Assembly: GCA_020184695.1 (NCBI GenBank)
Contig: JAANOX010000022.1
Span: 1-64,000 of the forward strand
Origin: Histomonas meleagridis 2922-C6/04-290x
Taxonomy: Eukaryota > Protista > Parabasalia
Length of the DNA: 64,000 nt
Direction: 5' to 3'
Made by a program: the position numbers and the translations under genes. Position 1 is the stretch's first letter, and every line of letters starts with the position of its first letter. The notes beneath the pieces were generated by a model. It ran no database searches. It was given only the letters and a program-made list of their open reading frames with translations, and was not told the DNA's origin. Shown in pieces: positions 20,845 to 32,732 of this stretch.

Positions 20845-23800
20845 ATGGATTTTTTTAATCTTACAATACCACAACAAACAACAACAAATAACAACAACAA
20901 TAATAATGTTTCAACGAATCATCATTTTGATATTAATTTGTTTCGAAGTGAAATAAATCGAGAAGAAGAACAATCTTCACAACTAAATACTTCAAGTCAA
21001 GGAAATTTTTCAAATATAACAGAAGGAAATAATCTAAATCAACAACAAAATAATTTCAATAATTTTGGGAATCAAACATTTAATAACCAACAATCAAGAA
21101 ATTTTGGTGAACAAAATATTCAACAACAACAACAACAACAACTTCAAAACATTTTTAACAATCAAATGAACAATCATGCACAACAAATATTTGATTTTAA
21201 TAATCAAAATAATAACAAACAACAACAACAATTTGATTTTAACTTTAATCAACAACAAACAAATAATTACAATTTTACATCACAACGAAATTTTAGTGAT
21301 TTCAATTTTTACAAACAAAAATAATCAAAACCATTCATCACAAATTATTGATTTTAATTTGCCAACACAACAACAGCAACAACAATTTGATGATAAATCA
21401 TTTCAACAAAATTCAGAACAACAAATTATTGATTTTAATCTTAAAGAAGAAGAAAATTCACGAAATAAAACACAAAATTTTGAAATCAATTTTGGAATTT
21501 CAGAAGAACAAAATAAATATAAAATTCAACAACAACAAACGAAATCAAATGAAACAATAACAACAAATAATAATAATAATAATAATTTCAATTCACAAAA
21601 TAACACAGAAAATCAACAACGAAGAAAACGACGAAAAGTTCAACGGGAAACAACGAAAGAAACGAAAACTGAAAATAAATTTATGGAATTTAATGTAAAT
21701 CAAAAGCAAAACACAAATAGTAATTTCGAATTTCCGTCATTTGAACCAAATAATGCAAAACAAAACACAAATAGTAATTTCGAATTTCCATCATTTGAAC
21801 CAAATAATGCAAAACAAAACACAAATAGTAATTTCGAATTTCCATCATTTGAACCAAATAATGCAAAACAAAACACAAATAGTAATTTCGAATTTCCATC
21901 ATTTGAACCAAATAATGCAAAACAAAACACAAATAGTAATTTCGAATTTCCATCATTTGAACCAAATAATGCAAAACAAAACACAAATAGTAATTTCGAA
22001 TTTCCGTCATTTGAAAGTGGTAACAAACAGACATCGAATAATGATTTCGGGTTTTCAAGCATTGATGTTAAAGAAACAAAACAAAACACAAATAGTAATT
22101 TCGAGTTTCCGTCATTTGAAAGTGGTAACAAACAGAATTCAAATTCCGAATTTACGTTTCCATTGTTTGAACAAAACAATTCGAATGATAATAAACAAAA
22201 ACAAGAAGAAGAACGAAAATCAGCGAACAGTTCAGCCAAAGCGAGCCTTAAGTCATATGATATATTTCGGTTTGAAGAAATTGATACGAACGAAGAAAAC
22301 CAAAGTAATAAAACAAATACAAATACAATAGAAATGAACACACAGAACTCAAACAATGACTTCGGATTTCCTTCATTTGAACAAAATAATGTCAATAAAG
22401 ATGAAAAGTCTCCAGAATTTAATCAAAAGCAAAACTCGAACAATGACATCGGATTTCTTTCATTTGAAAACAGCAACAAACAAAATGCGAATAATGATTT
22501 CACGTTTCCTTCATTTGAACAAAATAATACAAAACAAAACTCAAATAACGACTTCGGATTTGCAAATCATGAAAATAATAAACGAAACTCGAACAATGAT
22601 TTTTGGATTTCCTTCATTTGAACAAAATAATACAAAACAAAACTCAAATAACGACTTCGGATTTGCAAATCATGAAAATAATAAACGAAACTCGAACAAT
22701 GATTTTGGATTTCCTTCATTTGAACAAAATAATACAAAACAAAACTCAAATAACGACTTCGGATTTGCAAATCATGAAAATAATAAACGAAACTCGAACA
22801 ATGATTTTGGATTTCCTTCATTTGAACAAAATAATACAAAACAAAACTCAAATAACGACTTCGGATTTCTTTCATTTAACCAAGATAAAGTAAATAAAGA
22901 TGAAAAGTCCACAGAATTTAATCAAAAGCAAAAGCAAAACGCAAACAATGAATTTACATTTCCAACATTCGAACAAAATAATACAAAACAAATTTCAAAT
23001 AACGATTTCGGATTTGCAAATATTGATAATACAAAACAAAACTCAAACAGTGACTTCGTATTTCCTTCATTCGAACAAAATGATATAAATAAAAAAATGA
23101 AATATCCGCCGGAAATAATCAAAAACAAAACTCAAACAATGAATTTGGATTTCCATCATTCGAAAGCAGTCGCAAACAAAATGCGAATAATGACATTGTA
23201 TTTCCAAATATTGATAACAAAGAAGCAAAGCAAACATCAAATAATGAATATATGTTTCCATCGTTTGAACAAAACAATTCGAATGATAATAAACAAAAAC
23301 AAGAAGAAGAACGAAAATCAGCGAACAGTTCAGCCAAAGCGAGCCTTAAGTCATATGATATATTTCGGTTTGAAGAAATTGATACGAACGAAGAAAACCA
23401 AAGTAATAATGCAAATACAAATGCAAATACAGTAGAAGTGAACATACAAAATGATAACAAACAAAACTCAAACAGTGAATTATCATTTCCAACATTTGAA
23501 CAAAATAATACAAAACAAAACTCAAATAACGACTTCGCATTTCCAACATTTGAAAATAATAACGACAATAAACGAAAATCAAATTGCGAAATTGAAAATC
23601 CAAAAGATGAAAACAAAGAAACGAAACGAACATCAAACAGCGATTTGTCATTTCCTTCAATCGAAGATAACAATAAACACAATCCAAATAATGAAATGAC
23701 ATTTTCACCGAATGAAAACATAGAAACAAAACAAAACTCTAATAACGATTTTGGATTTCCTTCATTTGAAAACAATAATAATAAACAACATTCAAGTCAT

Positions 23801-24532
23801 GAATTCACATTTCCAACATTTGAAAACAAAGAAACAAAACAAAACTCTAATAACGATTTTGGATTTCCTTCATTTGAAAACAATAATAATAAACAACATT
23901 CAAGTCATGAATTCACATTTCCAACATTTGAAAACAAAGAAACAAAAAGTTCAAGCAACGATTCGACATTTCCTTCATTCGAAAATAATAATAATAAACA
24001 ACATTCAAGTAATGAATTCACATTTCCTTCATTAGAAAACAAAGAAACAAAAAGTTCAAATAATAATTTTGGATTTCCTTCGATTGAAAGTAACAACAAA
24101 CAAAGCACAAACGATGAGAGCGCATTTCCAACATTTGAACTAAATGGCAACAAACAAAGCACAAGTAATGACTTTGGATTTGTTTCATTTGAAGATAACA
24201 ATAAACAAAGCACAAGTAACGAAATTACATTTTCAACAAATGAACAAAATCCAACGAAACGAAACGGAACGAAAGAAATCGAAACAAAACGAAATCCACG
24301 AAATGAAAATATAAATAAAGGAAACATACGAAAAGAAAACAAAGAAAACGTAAACATCAATACAAATCATTTAATTAATTTAGAAGAAGAGAATACGAAA
24401 GAAACGAAACTTTTCAAGATGTACATTAAAATTAATTTAAATAATAATTTTTGTCAATCGAAAGAAATTTCACCAATTTCGATTCCAACATTTCCAGAAG
24501 AAACAAATGTAAATATACAACGGAAAACATAA
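20845..24532 (+). CDS. ~1200-aa Asn/Gln-rich low-complexity protein with many F-x-F-P-[ST]-F-E repeats (left copy, apparent frameshifts)
   Basis: Overlapping ORFs 20845-21324, 21176-22621, 22356-23435 and 23252-24532 join at homopolymer slips; the right-arm copy is continuous over the first junction. Confidence 0.7.
21707..22014 (+). repeat. 54-bp tandem repeat (QNTNSNFEFPSFEPNNAK), five units plus a partial unit
   Basis: Units start at 21707, 21761, 21815, 21869, 21923, 21977. Confidence 0.92.
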
Positions 24533-24573
24533 ATAAAATTCATATTTATATTAAATGTTAAAAATATTTTTAT

Positions 24574-25083
24574 TTATTGAAATGGACAATTTGTGAAGTT
24601 TGGTGCTGTTACATTTCCATAATCTGTATAAATATTTTCTCCTTTGTAAATAGCGTCACCATTGTTATCAATACGAAGATCATAAAGCATCTTCTTCCAA
24701 TGTCGATTTCCATGATCAACTTCAAAGTCTTCACTCGTAGTATAATCTCCAAAATAAACACGATCACCTGCTTGATTATCAAGTGGTGGTTCTAAAAGTT
24801 CGATATGTTTATCATCTGGACCACAACCAAGAATAATCCCTTCACTAATTTCTCCTAAAATTTCGGTGGGTTCTGCATTTAAAAAAACACAAACATATTT
24901 CCCTTGAAGTTCTTCATGCGTATAAAATTTGCGTGCTGTACAAACAATATGCCGTGGACTTTCTTCTCCAACTTCAACTTCTAAACAATATAACTTTTGT
25001 GACCCTTCAATATTTTTAACTTCAACAATCTCACCTACACGACAATCAATAAATGTTGCTGCATCTGGAATTGATTTCGTCAT
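24574..25083 (-). CDS. Stand-alone tRNA-binding OB-fold protein (EMAP-II/Arc1p/Trbp111-like)
   Basis: IDCRVGEIVEV...KLYCLEVEVGEESPRHIV...VFLNAEPTEILGEISEGIIL...IELLEPP...GDRV. Confidence 0.82.
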   Translation of the reverse strand: MTKSIPDAATFIDCRVGEIVEVKNIEGSQKLYCLEVEVGEESPRHIVCTARKFYTHEELQGKYVCVFLNAEPTEILGEISEGIILGCGPDDKHIELLEPPLDNQAGDRVYFGDYTTSEDFEVDHGNRHWKKMLYDLRIDNNGDAIYKGENIYTDYGNVTAPNFTNCPFQ

Positions 25084-25174
25084 TTTAACAATTTAAAAAA
25101 ATAAATAAAAATAAAAAAAAAAATCCAATTTCTCTATCTTTGTTTGGACTTACTAATGAATTGTGATGTGAATT

Positions 25175-26351
25175 TTATCGATTGTGTTTTCGTTCATATT
25201 GTTGAATCCGACTAGTTTCATAAACTAAATTACGTTTGTTATTATTATTATTATTATTGTTTGTAATCGCTGTCTTAGGTCGAGATTTATTATTAATGTT
25301 CGAAACTTTCGCAATAATAACTTTGTTTTTTCGACTCGTTGAACGTGCTGAATATGGTTGAGCACGTGTTTCTTCTTGTCCATTTTGTTGTTCCCAAAAT
25401 TGTGATCGTTGTTCTAAATAATTAATGGTTTCTTTGCAACATTTTTTTCAATAATTTTATCTTGTTCATAATTATATTTATCTTCATTATGTGTTTCATT
25501 TTCATCATTTAGAATTGTCGTTATTTCTTCTTTTAAACCTTTCAAATATTCATAATCAACTAAAAGTTCTCCAAGAAATTGTCCTTTGTTCTTAGGATTA
25601 ATTGTTAATGGATGAACTTTTTCTGGTAATAATTCTTCAAGATTTTTCTTGTTCATATTGATTTTCTTCTTCTTCTTCATCTTCATTTTCTGATTCGTCA
25701 TTTCGTTTCTTATTCTTATTATTATGATGAAGATGTTTTTGTTTTCGAATTCGTGATGCTGAAAAATTAGGATTCGGTTGATATGTCTTTTCACCATTAA
25801 TAGAATCTAAGATAGCATGTTTACATTTAGTAATACCTTCACGAAAGCCTTGAATATCTTGTCGTAAAAATGATCCACGTTCAAAGAAAACTAATGCAAA
25901 CTCAAATTCTCCAATAGAAAAAAATGCTTCCGCTTTCGCTAATAATGCTCGTGTATCATTAGGTGATACTTGAAGAACTGTATTAGCGTCAATAATAGCT
26001 GAACGTGCATCACCAATTTGAATATAACAATTAGCACGATCAACATAAAGACTATAATCTTCTTTGTTAATATCAAGTGCTTTACTAAACGATTCAATCG
26101 CTCGTGAATAATACGAACGAAAATAAAGTGAACGACCTTCTGATGTTAATGCTTTATATTCTAATTCTTGCGCTTTTTCATGCGTAATCGGTTTATATTT
26201 GCGTTCTTGTTGAAAATATTCTTGACGTGGTGTTTCAATTTCTTCATATTTATCTTTTTGAATTGTAGGTAATAAATTCTTCCCTAACATTTTACTCGTA
26301 AGTTCTAATCGCATTTGATATGTTTTATTTTCACGAATTCTTGTTTTTCAT
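25175..26351 (-). CDS. TPR protein similar to the N-terminal half of TTC25/ODAD4 (left copy, frameshifts)
   Basis: TPRs plus KAEAFFSIGEFEFALVFFERG and LGELLVDYEYL...INYLEQRSQFWEQQ, recalled as conserved blocks of TTC25. Confidence 0.68.
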
Positions 26352-26955
26352 TCGATATTTTTTTGAATGTATGTTGATTAAATGTTTGATTATTTTATGA
26401 AAAGTGCATTTATTTTCAAGTTTTTTTAATTATAATATCCATGACAAATAAGAAAAATTATTTATTCATTTGATTACGATATTGATTTATTTTTAGACAT
26501 TTTCTTTTTTTCGTATATAAAAAATTACACCCATACCTGAAGCAATGAAGATAATCACAATCACAATAACTATACCAACAATCGCGCCTGTGCTAAGTCC
26601 AGAACTTTTAATATTATCATTACCTTTAATGTCATAAGTTCCTAATTTGGAAATTCTGATTCATGAATATTACATTTCGATTTTTGATTGATTTACTATC
26701 CTTATTTGATAAGATATTTGGCCAGATAACTATTTTGTCCAGAAGGCAAATTTTATGATATCATTTTTATTATAAGTTGTTAGTTCTAATTAACATTCTC
26801 TATTTTTTAAATTATATTCCAAACGAATATAAAAGTCTTGCACAAAAGGCAAGAGAACAAGTTCATCGAAGAATTATAAGAGTAAACGTGAACAAATATA
26901 TAAAAAAGGATTTTATTCAGAAAATGGAATTGAGTTTTTTTTAACAACAAACTTA

Positions 26956-29900
26956 ATGAGTTCAACATCTAAAGGAATTAAAGGTTATGCGATTGATAAT
27001 ATAACTAAAACAATTTCTATCATACCCAATCGAATGAAAGTTCTTTCTGACAATGCTGAAATCAAAACAGGTTCATTTGTAGAACCAATAACTAAAGATA
27101 TATATGAACTAACCATAATTGCAGATGATGGTGAAGTTCAATTATATTCTACTAAAAAACTGGACAAGTTACAAGTATTTCGAAATCTTCATATATACAC
27201 TACTAAAGCGGATAAAAATAAAAAAACTACTAATGATGTAGAAGAAATAGGATCAAATGAAAACATCGGATGGACAATTGGATTTACTGATAATGATAAA
27301 ACAACAGGATTATCTACTGCTTATTTAGGATATCGATTTTATTGGAGTAAGCCTGAAGAAGGTGAAGATCCATTTGAACAAGGACCAATTGAGCAAAACT
27401 TTTTATTGTTTTGCGTAAGCGCTGGTTTATATGCACAAATTTTTACCGCGTATGATTTTCGAATGGAAGGTTTCGGTTTTGTTATTGAAGCAGATCTTGA
27501 TTTAAGTGCAATGGGCGGCTTAGGATTTTCAATATTTCCAGAGAATGAGCCTGATGATTTCTCATTTGGAAAAGATGTTCCAATTTATGCACTTCCTTCT
27601 CTTTCAATGTATGGGATCAAATTTAAACTTGGAATTTATGGATTTGTAAAAATCGGTTTTGCAAACATTAAACATAAACTTGTTCAACTATTAAAATATG
27701 ATTATAGAATCAAATTAAGCCAAAAATATCATATTAGATATTCGTCAAAAGATGATAATTTCGAAATTACTAAAACAGATCCCACATTTGAAACTATTAA
27801 AAATCAACAAAAACAAGAACAAATTACTAAAGAAGATATCGAAGGTTCATATTTAAAAATTACACCACATATAGACGTGGGTATAAAAGCAACAATTCAT
27901 ATTGGTTCTGAATTTATATCACCAGAAGTGGAATTAACTGCAAGTGCATTTGTTCGTTATGCTGTTCCATTTGATTTTAATTTTGATTCATCTATTTGTA
28001 CATTCCCTTATCTTTATGGTCAATATCATCATAGCCTTACTTTTAATTTTAGAATTTTCGGAAAATTAAGATTATTTGATTATTTTGATTGGGAAAAAGA
28101 ATATTTATATCCATTTAATATATTCACATCAAAACCATCCGGGTTATTTTGTATTTTCGATCCACAAAATTCTATTGATAAGAAATTCTTACATTCTTAT
28201 GGTGATTCTGTATATGTAGTTCAACCAACTTCAATCAGACTATGTGATGGTTGTCAACAATCGCCATTATATGGAGCAGAAGCTTTCTTTATTTATTTAA
28301 ATTATTTAAAAAATGGAAAAACTACAACAAAATCTTTTTCATTACCACATGTTGAATTATACAAAGGACAAACAAAAAAATTAAATCGATTATTTGTTAT
28401 CACAGATGGAAATTCAAATAGTAAATTAAATTATGAAGGATATGAAGAAGATTTATTTCTTCATGATAATTTTGAAATTGAAAGTTTTCCACTAACACCT
28501 GGCTCAAATGAATATTGTGGTGATGATAAATCATATTTTTTCAAGACAGGCGTATGCATTCAAATATTTTAGAAGCTACAAAAGTAAATTTATCAGAAGA
28601 GTTTGAAAAGCCAATAAATTCGAAATATATTGCATATAAAGGAGATATAGCTGCCACAGATTTCATTGGAATTATTACACATTCAGAAGGAACTCCATAT
28701 TCATCAGGATTAAAAGGTTTTAAAATATTTGATGATGCTGTATCAACAATAGAAGAAGCTCAAGAAGGAGAATATTCTCTGGACGAAATCCATATAAAGT
28801 TTTAATTAAGAATTTTAATGTCGGTGGTTATCGAATGAATAGTGTAAATGTTGGAATAAAACTATGTCAAAACAATGTTCCAAGTTGTGTTACATTACAA
28901 AATAAATCATATACAAATTTAAAACCAGGAAGTGATTTTGATAAATATGAACCAGTTTTATATTTAGGGAAATATTATTCTAAATATTATGCTATTGTAA
29001 CAATTAATTTCAAATATACTCGTGATGCTTTTAGTGAATATTCAATTTCTTTAAAGAATACATTGAATTTAGGTGCAATAACTCCACCGAATAATTTTAC
29101 TTTTAAGTTTTCTGGTAAAATTGAAGCTAATGGTGATCAATTTTCATTTGATATTGTTTTTGAAAAATATACTCCAACAATTGTTATGAATGTTGAAAAC
29201 TTACCTCAGAATACTCGTGCTATTGTAACAAGAGTTTTTTCTGTATCTTTATTTAGTGCTAATAACTGGAAAGATACAATATTATCATTTACAATGGAAC
29301 CATCAGAAATTTATGGAACAATTCGATTCTTTGCACTTTTTGGTGATTTATATTCAACAGTTAAAGATAATATAAACATAGCTTGCGTTATCTAAATGCC
29401 AGGCTTACAACCATTATGTGAAGGTGTAAATTTAATTAGTGAAGATGAATATGTTATAATATTAAAAGAAGAAAGCACATTATTTTCAATGAAAGATAGT
29501 AAAGTTTGGTTTAAAAAATATCATTCTATCAATATACCATTTAGAAGATACATTTATAATATAAGCCAAAGTTATACTGTTAAATTATCAGCTATTTTTA
29601 CAATCAGTGATACCAAAAATCCTTTTTGTTCTATTACTACACCATCTGTTGGTTATACTGGCTTAAATTTGCATAGTGGTTGTGTACAACAAATCGATAA
29701 AAAGACAGAATTTCTTGTGTCTATTCAATCAGAATCATTTGTTTTAGATAATTGGAGTATTGATTATATATATCAAAATAATTATAAATGGGTAATTATA
29801 GGTGGAATTGCTACAGCTACAGATAAAACAAAAGCATATAAATATTATTTATATTCAAGGAATTTATATGTAGATTTTCTAGAAAATCAAACATCATTAA

Positions 29901-30776
29901 TGTTTCCAGGAAGACAAGTACGTTCGATATCAAACACGCCAAATAATACATTATATTTTAAAATATAATCATTCAATATCTGCTATAGATGGACAAAACA
30001 TTGTTGAGCTTTCTCAAAATTCCCATGGTGATTATGTATTTAATTTAAGTAATAAATCTATAAATGATTATACTTTTGTAAGACATTGTCAATCTAACGA
30101 AGAAGCCAATTGCATGACAAATATAACATTAGGAAATAAAATTAATTTAATTACTTATGGTACCTCAGGTAAAATCAATGATTTTGATTTAAATGAAAGT
30201 TTAATTATAAATGGAATTAAATTAAATAGTGGGTTCACAAAACAAGTTGTATACGGTAGAGATTTTATCAATTATTCAAAGACATGGAATGGTTCTATTA
30301 CTACAAAAATAATTGAAAATGCTACTCAACTTATCATTAAAGCAATCGAATTAACAGATCATATTAAAATATCGGCTTTTATTGTTATTAATGGAACTGA
30401 TGAAGAGATCCCATTTAGTGTAAATAAATGGAATAAAAACATTGAAGATTTCCTTTGTGCATTAAAAGTTAAAAAATTAAATGATGGCTATAATTTAAGT
30501 GAAATAAAAATGGTATTAAATGGTACAATTTTGATTCCAAAAAAACTTTACCAATATGGAGTAACTGTTGAATATGATAAAGTTGTGGATTATCCTTTAG
30601 GCGATATTGAATGTGTAACTTATTACCCATATTATGACATTAAAGGTAATGATAATATTAAAAGTTCTGGACTTAGCACAGGTGCGATTGTTGGTATAGT
30701 TATTGTGATTGTGATTATCTTCATTGCTTCAGGTATGGGTGTAATTTTTTATATACGAAAAAAAGAAAATGTCTAA
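26956..30776 (+). pseudogene. Large single-pass surface protein gene broken into five ORFs (spacer of the inverted repeat)
   Basis: Collinear ORFs 26956-28572, 28554-28805, 28835-29395, 29396-29968, 30114-30776; ends GLSTGAIVGIVIVIVIIFIASGMGVIFYIRKKENV (TM plus short tail); breaks may be real or assembly errors. Confidence 0.6.
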
Positions 30777-30913
30777 AAATAAATCAATATCGTAATCAAA
30801 TGAATAAATAATTTTTGATATTTGTCATGGATATTATAATGAAAAACTTGAAAATAAATGCACTTTTCATAAAATAATCAAACATTTAATTAACGTACAT
30901 TTAAAAATATCGA

Positions 30914-32088
30914 ATGAAAACAAGAATTCGTGAAAATAAAACATATCAAATGCGATTAGAACTTACGAGTAAAATGTTAGGGAAGAATTTATTACCTACA
31001 ATTCAAAAAGATAAATATGAAGAAATTGAAACACCACGTCAAGAATATTTTCAACAAGAACGCAAATATAAACCGATTACGCATGAAAAAGCGCAAGAAT
31101 TAGAATATAAAGCATTAACATCAGAAGGTCGTTCACTTTATTTTCGTTCGTATTATTCACGAGCGATTGAATCGTTTAGTAAAGCACTTGATATTAACAA
31201 AGAAGATTATAGTCTTTATGTTGATCGTGCTAATTGTTATATTCAAATTGGTGATGCACGTTCAGCTATTATTGACGCTAATACAGTTCTTCAAGTATCA
31301 CCTAATGATACACGAGCATTATTAGCGAAAGCGGAAGCATTTTTTTCTATTGGAGAATTTGAGTTTGCATTAGTTTTTCTTTGAACGTGGATCATTTTTT
31401 ACGACACGATATTCAAGGCTTTCGTGAAGGTATTACTAAATGTAAACAAGCTACCTTCGATTCTATTAATGGTGAAAAGACATATCAACCGAATCCTAAT
31501 TTTTCAGCATCACGAATTCGAAAACAAAAACATCTTCATCATAATAATAAGAATAAGAAACGAAATGACGAATCAGAAAATGAAGATGAAGAAGAAGAAG
31601 AAAATCAATATGAACAAGAAAATCTTGAAGAATTATTACCAGAAAAAGTTCATCCATTAACAATTAATCCTAAGAACAAAGGACAATTTCTTGGAGAACT
31701 TTTAGTTGATTATGAATATTTGAAAGGTTTAAAAGAAGAAATAACGACAATTCTAAATGATGAAAATGAAACACATAATGAAGATAAATATAATTATGAA
31801 CAAGATAAAATTATTGAAAAATGTTGCAAAGAAACCATTAATTATTTAGAACAACGATCACAATTTTGGGAACAACAAAATGGACAAGAAGAAACACGTG
31901 CTCAACCATATTCAGCACGTTCAACGAGTCGAAAAAACAAAGTTATTATTGCGAAAGTTTCGAACATTAATAATAAATCTCGACCTAAGACAGCGATTAC
32001 AAACAATAATAATAATAATAATAACAAACGTAATTTAGTTTATGAAACTAGTCGGATTCAACAATATGAACGAAAACACAATCGATAA
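30914..32088 (+). CDS. TTC25/ODAD4-like TPR protein (right copy, one frameshift near 31380)
   Basis: ORFs 30914-31384 and 31381-32088; inverted copy of 25175-26351. Confidence 0.68.
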
Positions 32089-32179
32089 AATTCACATCAC
32101 AATTCATTAGTAAGTCCAAACAAAGATAGAGAAATTGGATGTTTTTCGTCGGTTTTATTTATTTTTTTAAATTGTTAAA

Positions 32180-32691
32180 ATGACGAAATCAATTCCAGAT
32201 GCAGCAACATTTATTGATTGTCGTGTAGGTGAGATTGTTGAAGTTAAAAATATTGAAGGGTCACAAAAGTTATATTGTTTAGAAGTTGAAGTTGGAGAAG
32301 AAAGTCCACGGCATATTGTTTGTACAGCACGCAAATTTTATACGCATGAAGAACTTCAAGGGAAATATGTTTGTGTTTTTTTAAATGCAGAACCCACCGA
32401 AATTTTAGGAGAAATTAGTGAAGGGATTATTCTTGGTTGTGGTCCAGATGATAAACATATCGAACTTTTAGAACCACCACTTGATAATCAAGCAGGTGAT
32501 CGTGTTTATTTTTGGAGATTATACTACGAGTGAAGACTTTGAAGTAGATCAGGGAAATCGACATTGGAAGAAGATGCTTTATGATCTTCGTGATGATAAC
32601 AATGGTGACGCTATTTTACAAAGGAGAAAATATTTATACAGATTATGGAAATGTAACAGCACCAAACTTCACAAATTGTCCATTTCAATAA
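32180..32691 (+). CDS. tRNA-binding OB-fold protein (right copy, homopolymer frameshifts)
   Basis: Inverted copy of 24574-25083 with extra Ts near 32510 and 32615. Confidence 0.7.
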
Positions 32692-32732
32692 ATAAAAATA
32701 TTTTTAACATTTAATATAAATATGAATTTTAT

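Larger units (their letters stand above)
16890..26637. repeat. Left arm of large inverted duplication
   Basis: Reverse complement matches 30632-40224 gene for gene (tRNA-like, Trx, TTLL, repeat protein, tRNA-binding protein, TPR protein, 3' end of the central gene). Confidence 0.95.

Noticed and set aside
21707-22014. CRISPR-like appearance of regular repeats (also the 170-nt arrays)
   Set aside because: The units are contiguous coding tandem repeats or homologous spacers, not unique spacers; eukaryotic context with no cas genes.
21690-24360. Many overlapping antisense and alternate-frame ORFs in the repeat gene (and its mirror at 32900-35200)
   Set aside because: They are shadows of the 54/102-bp tandem repeats, which lack stops in several frames.
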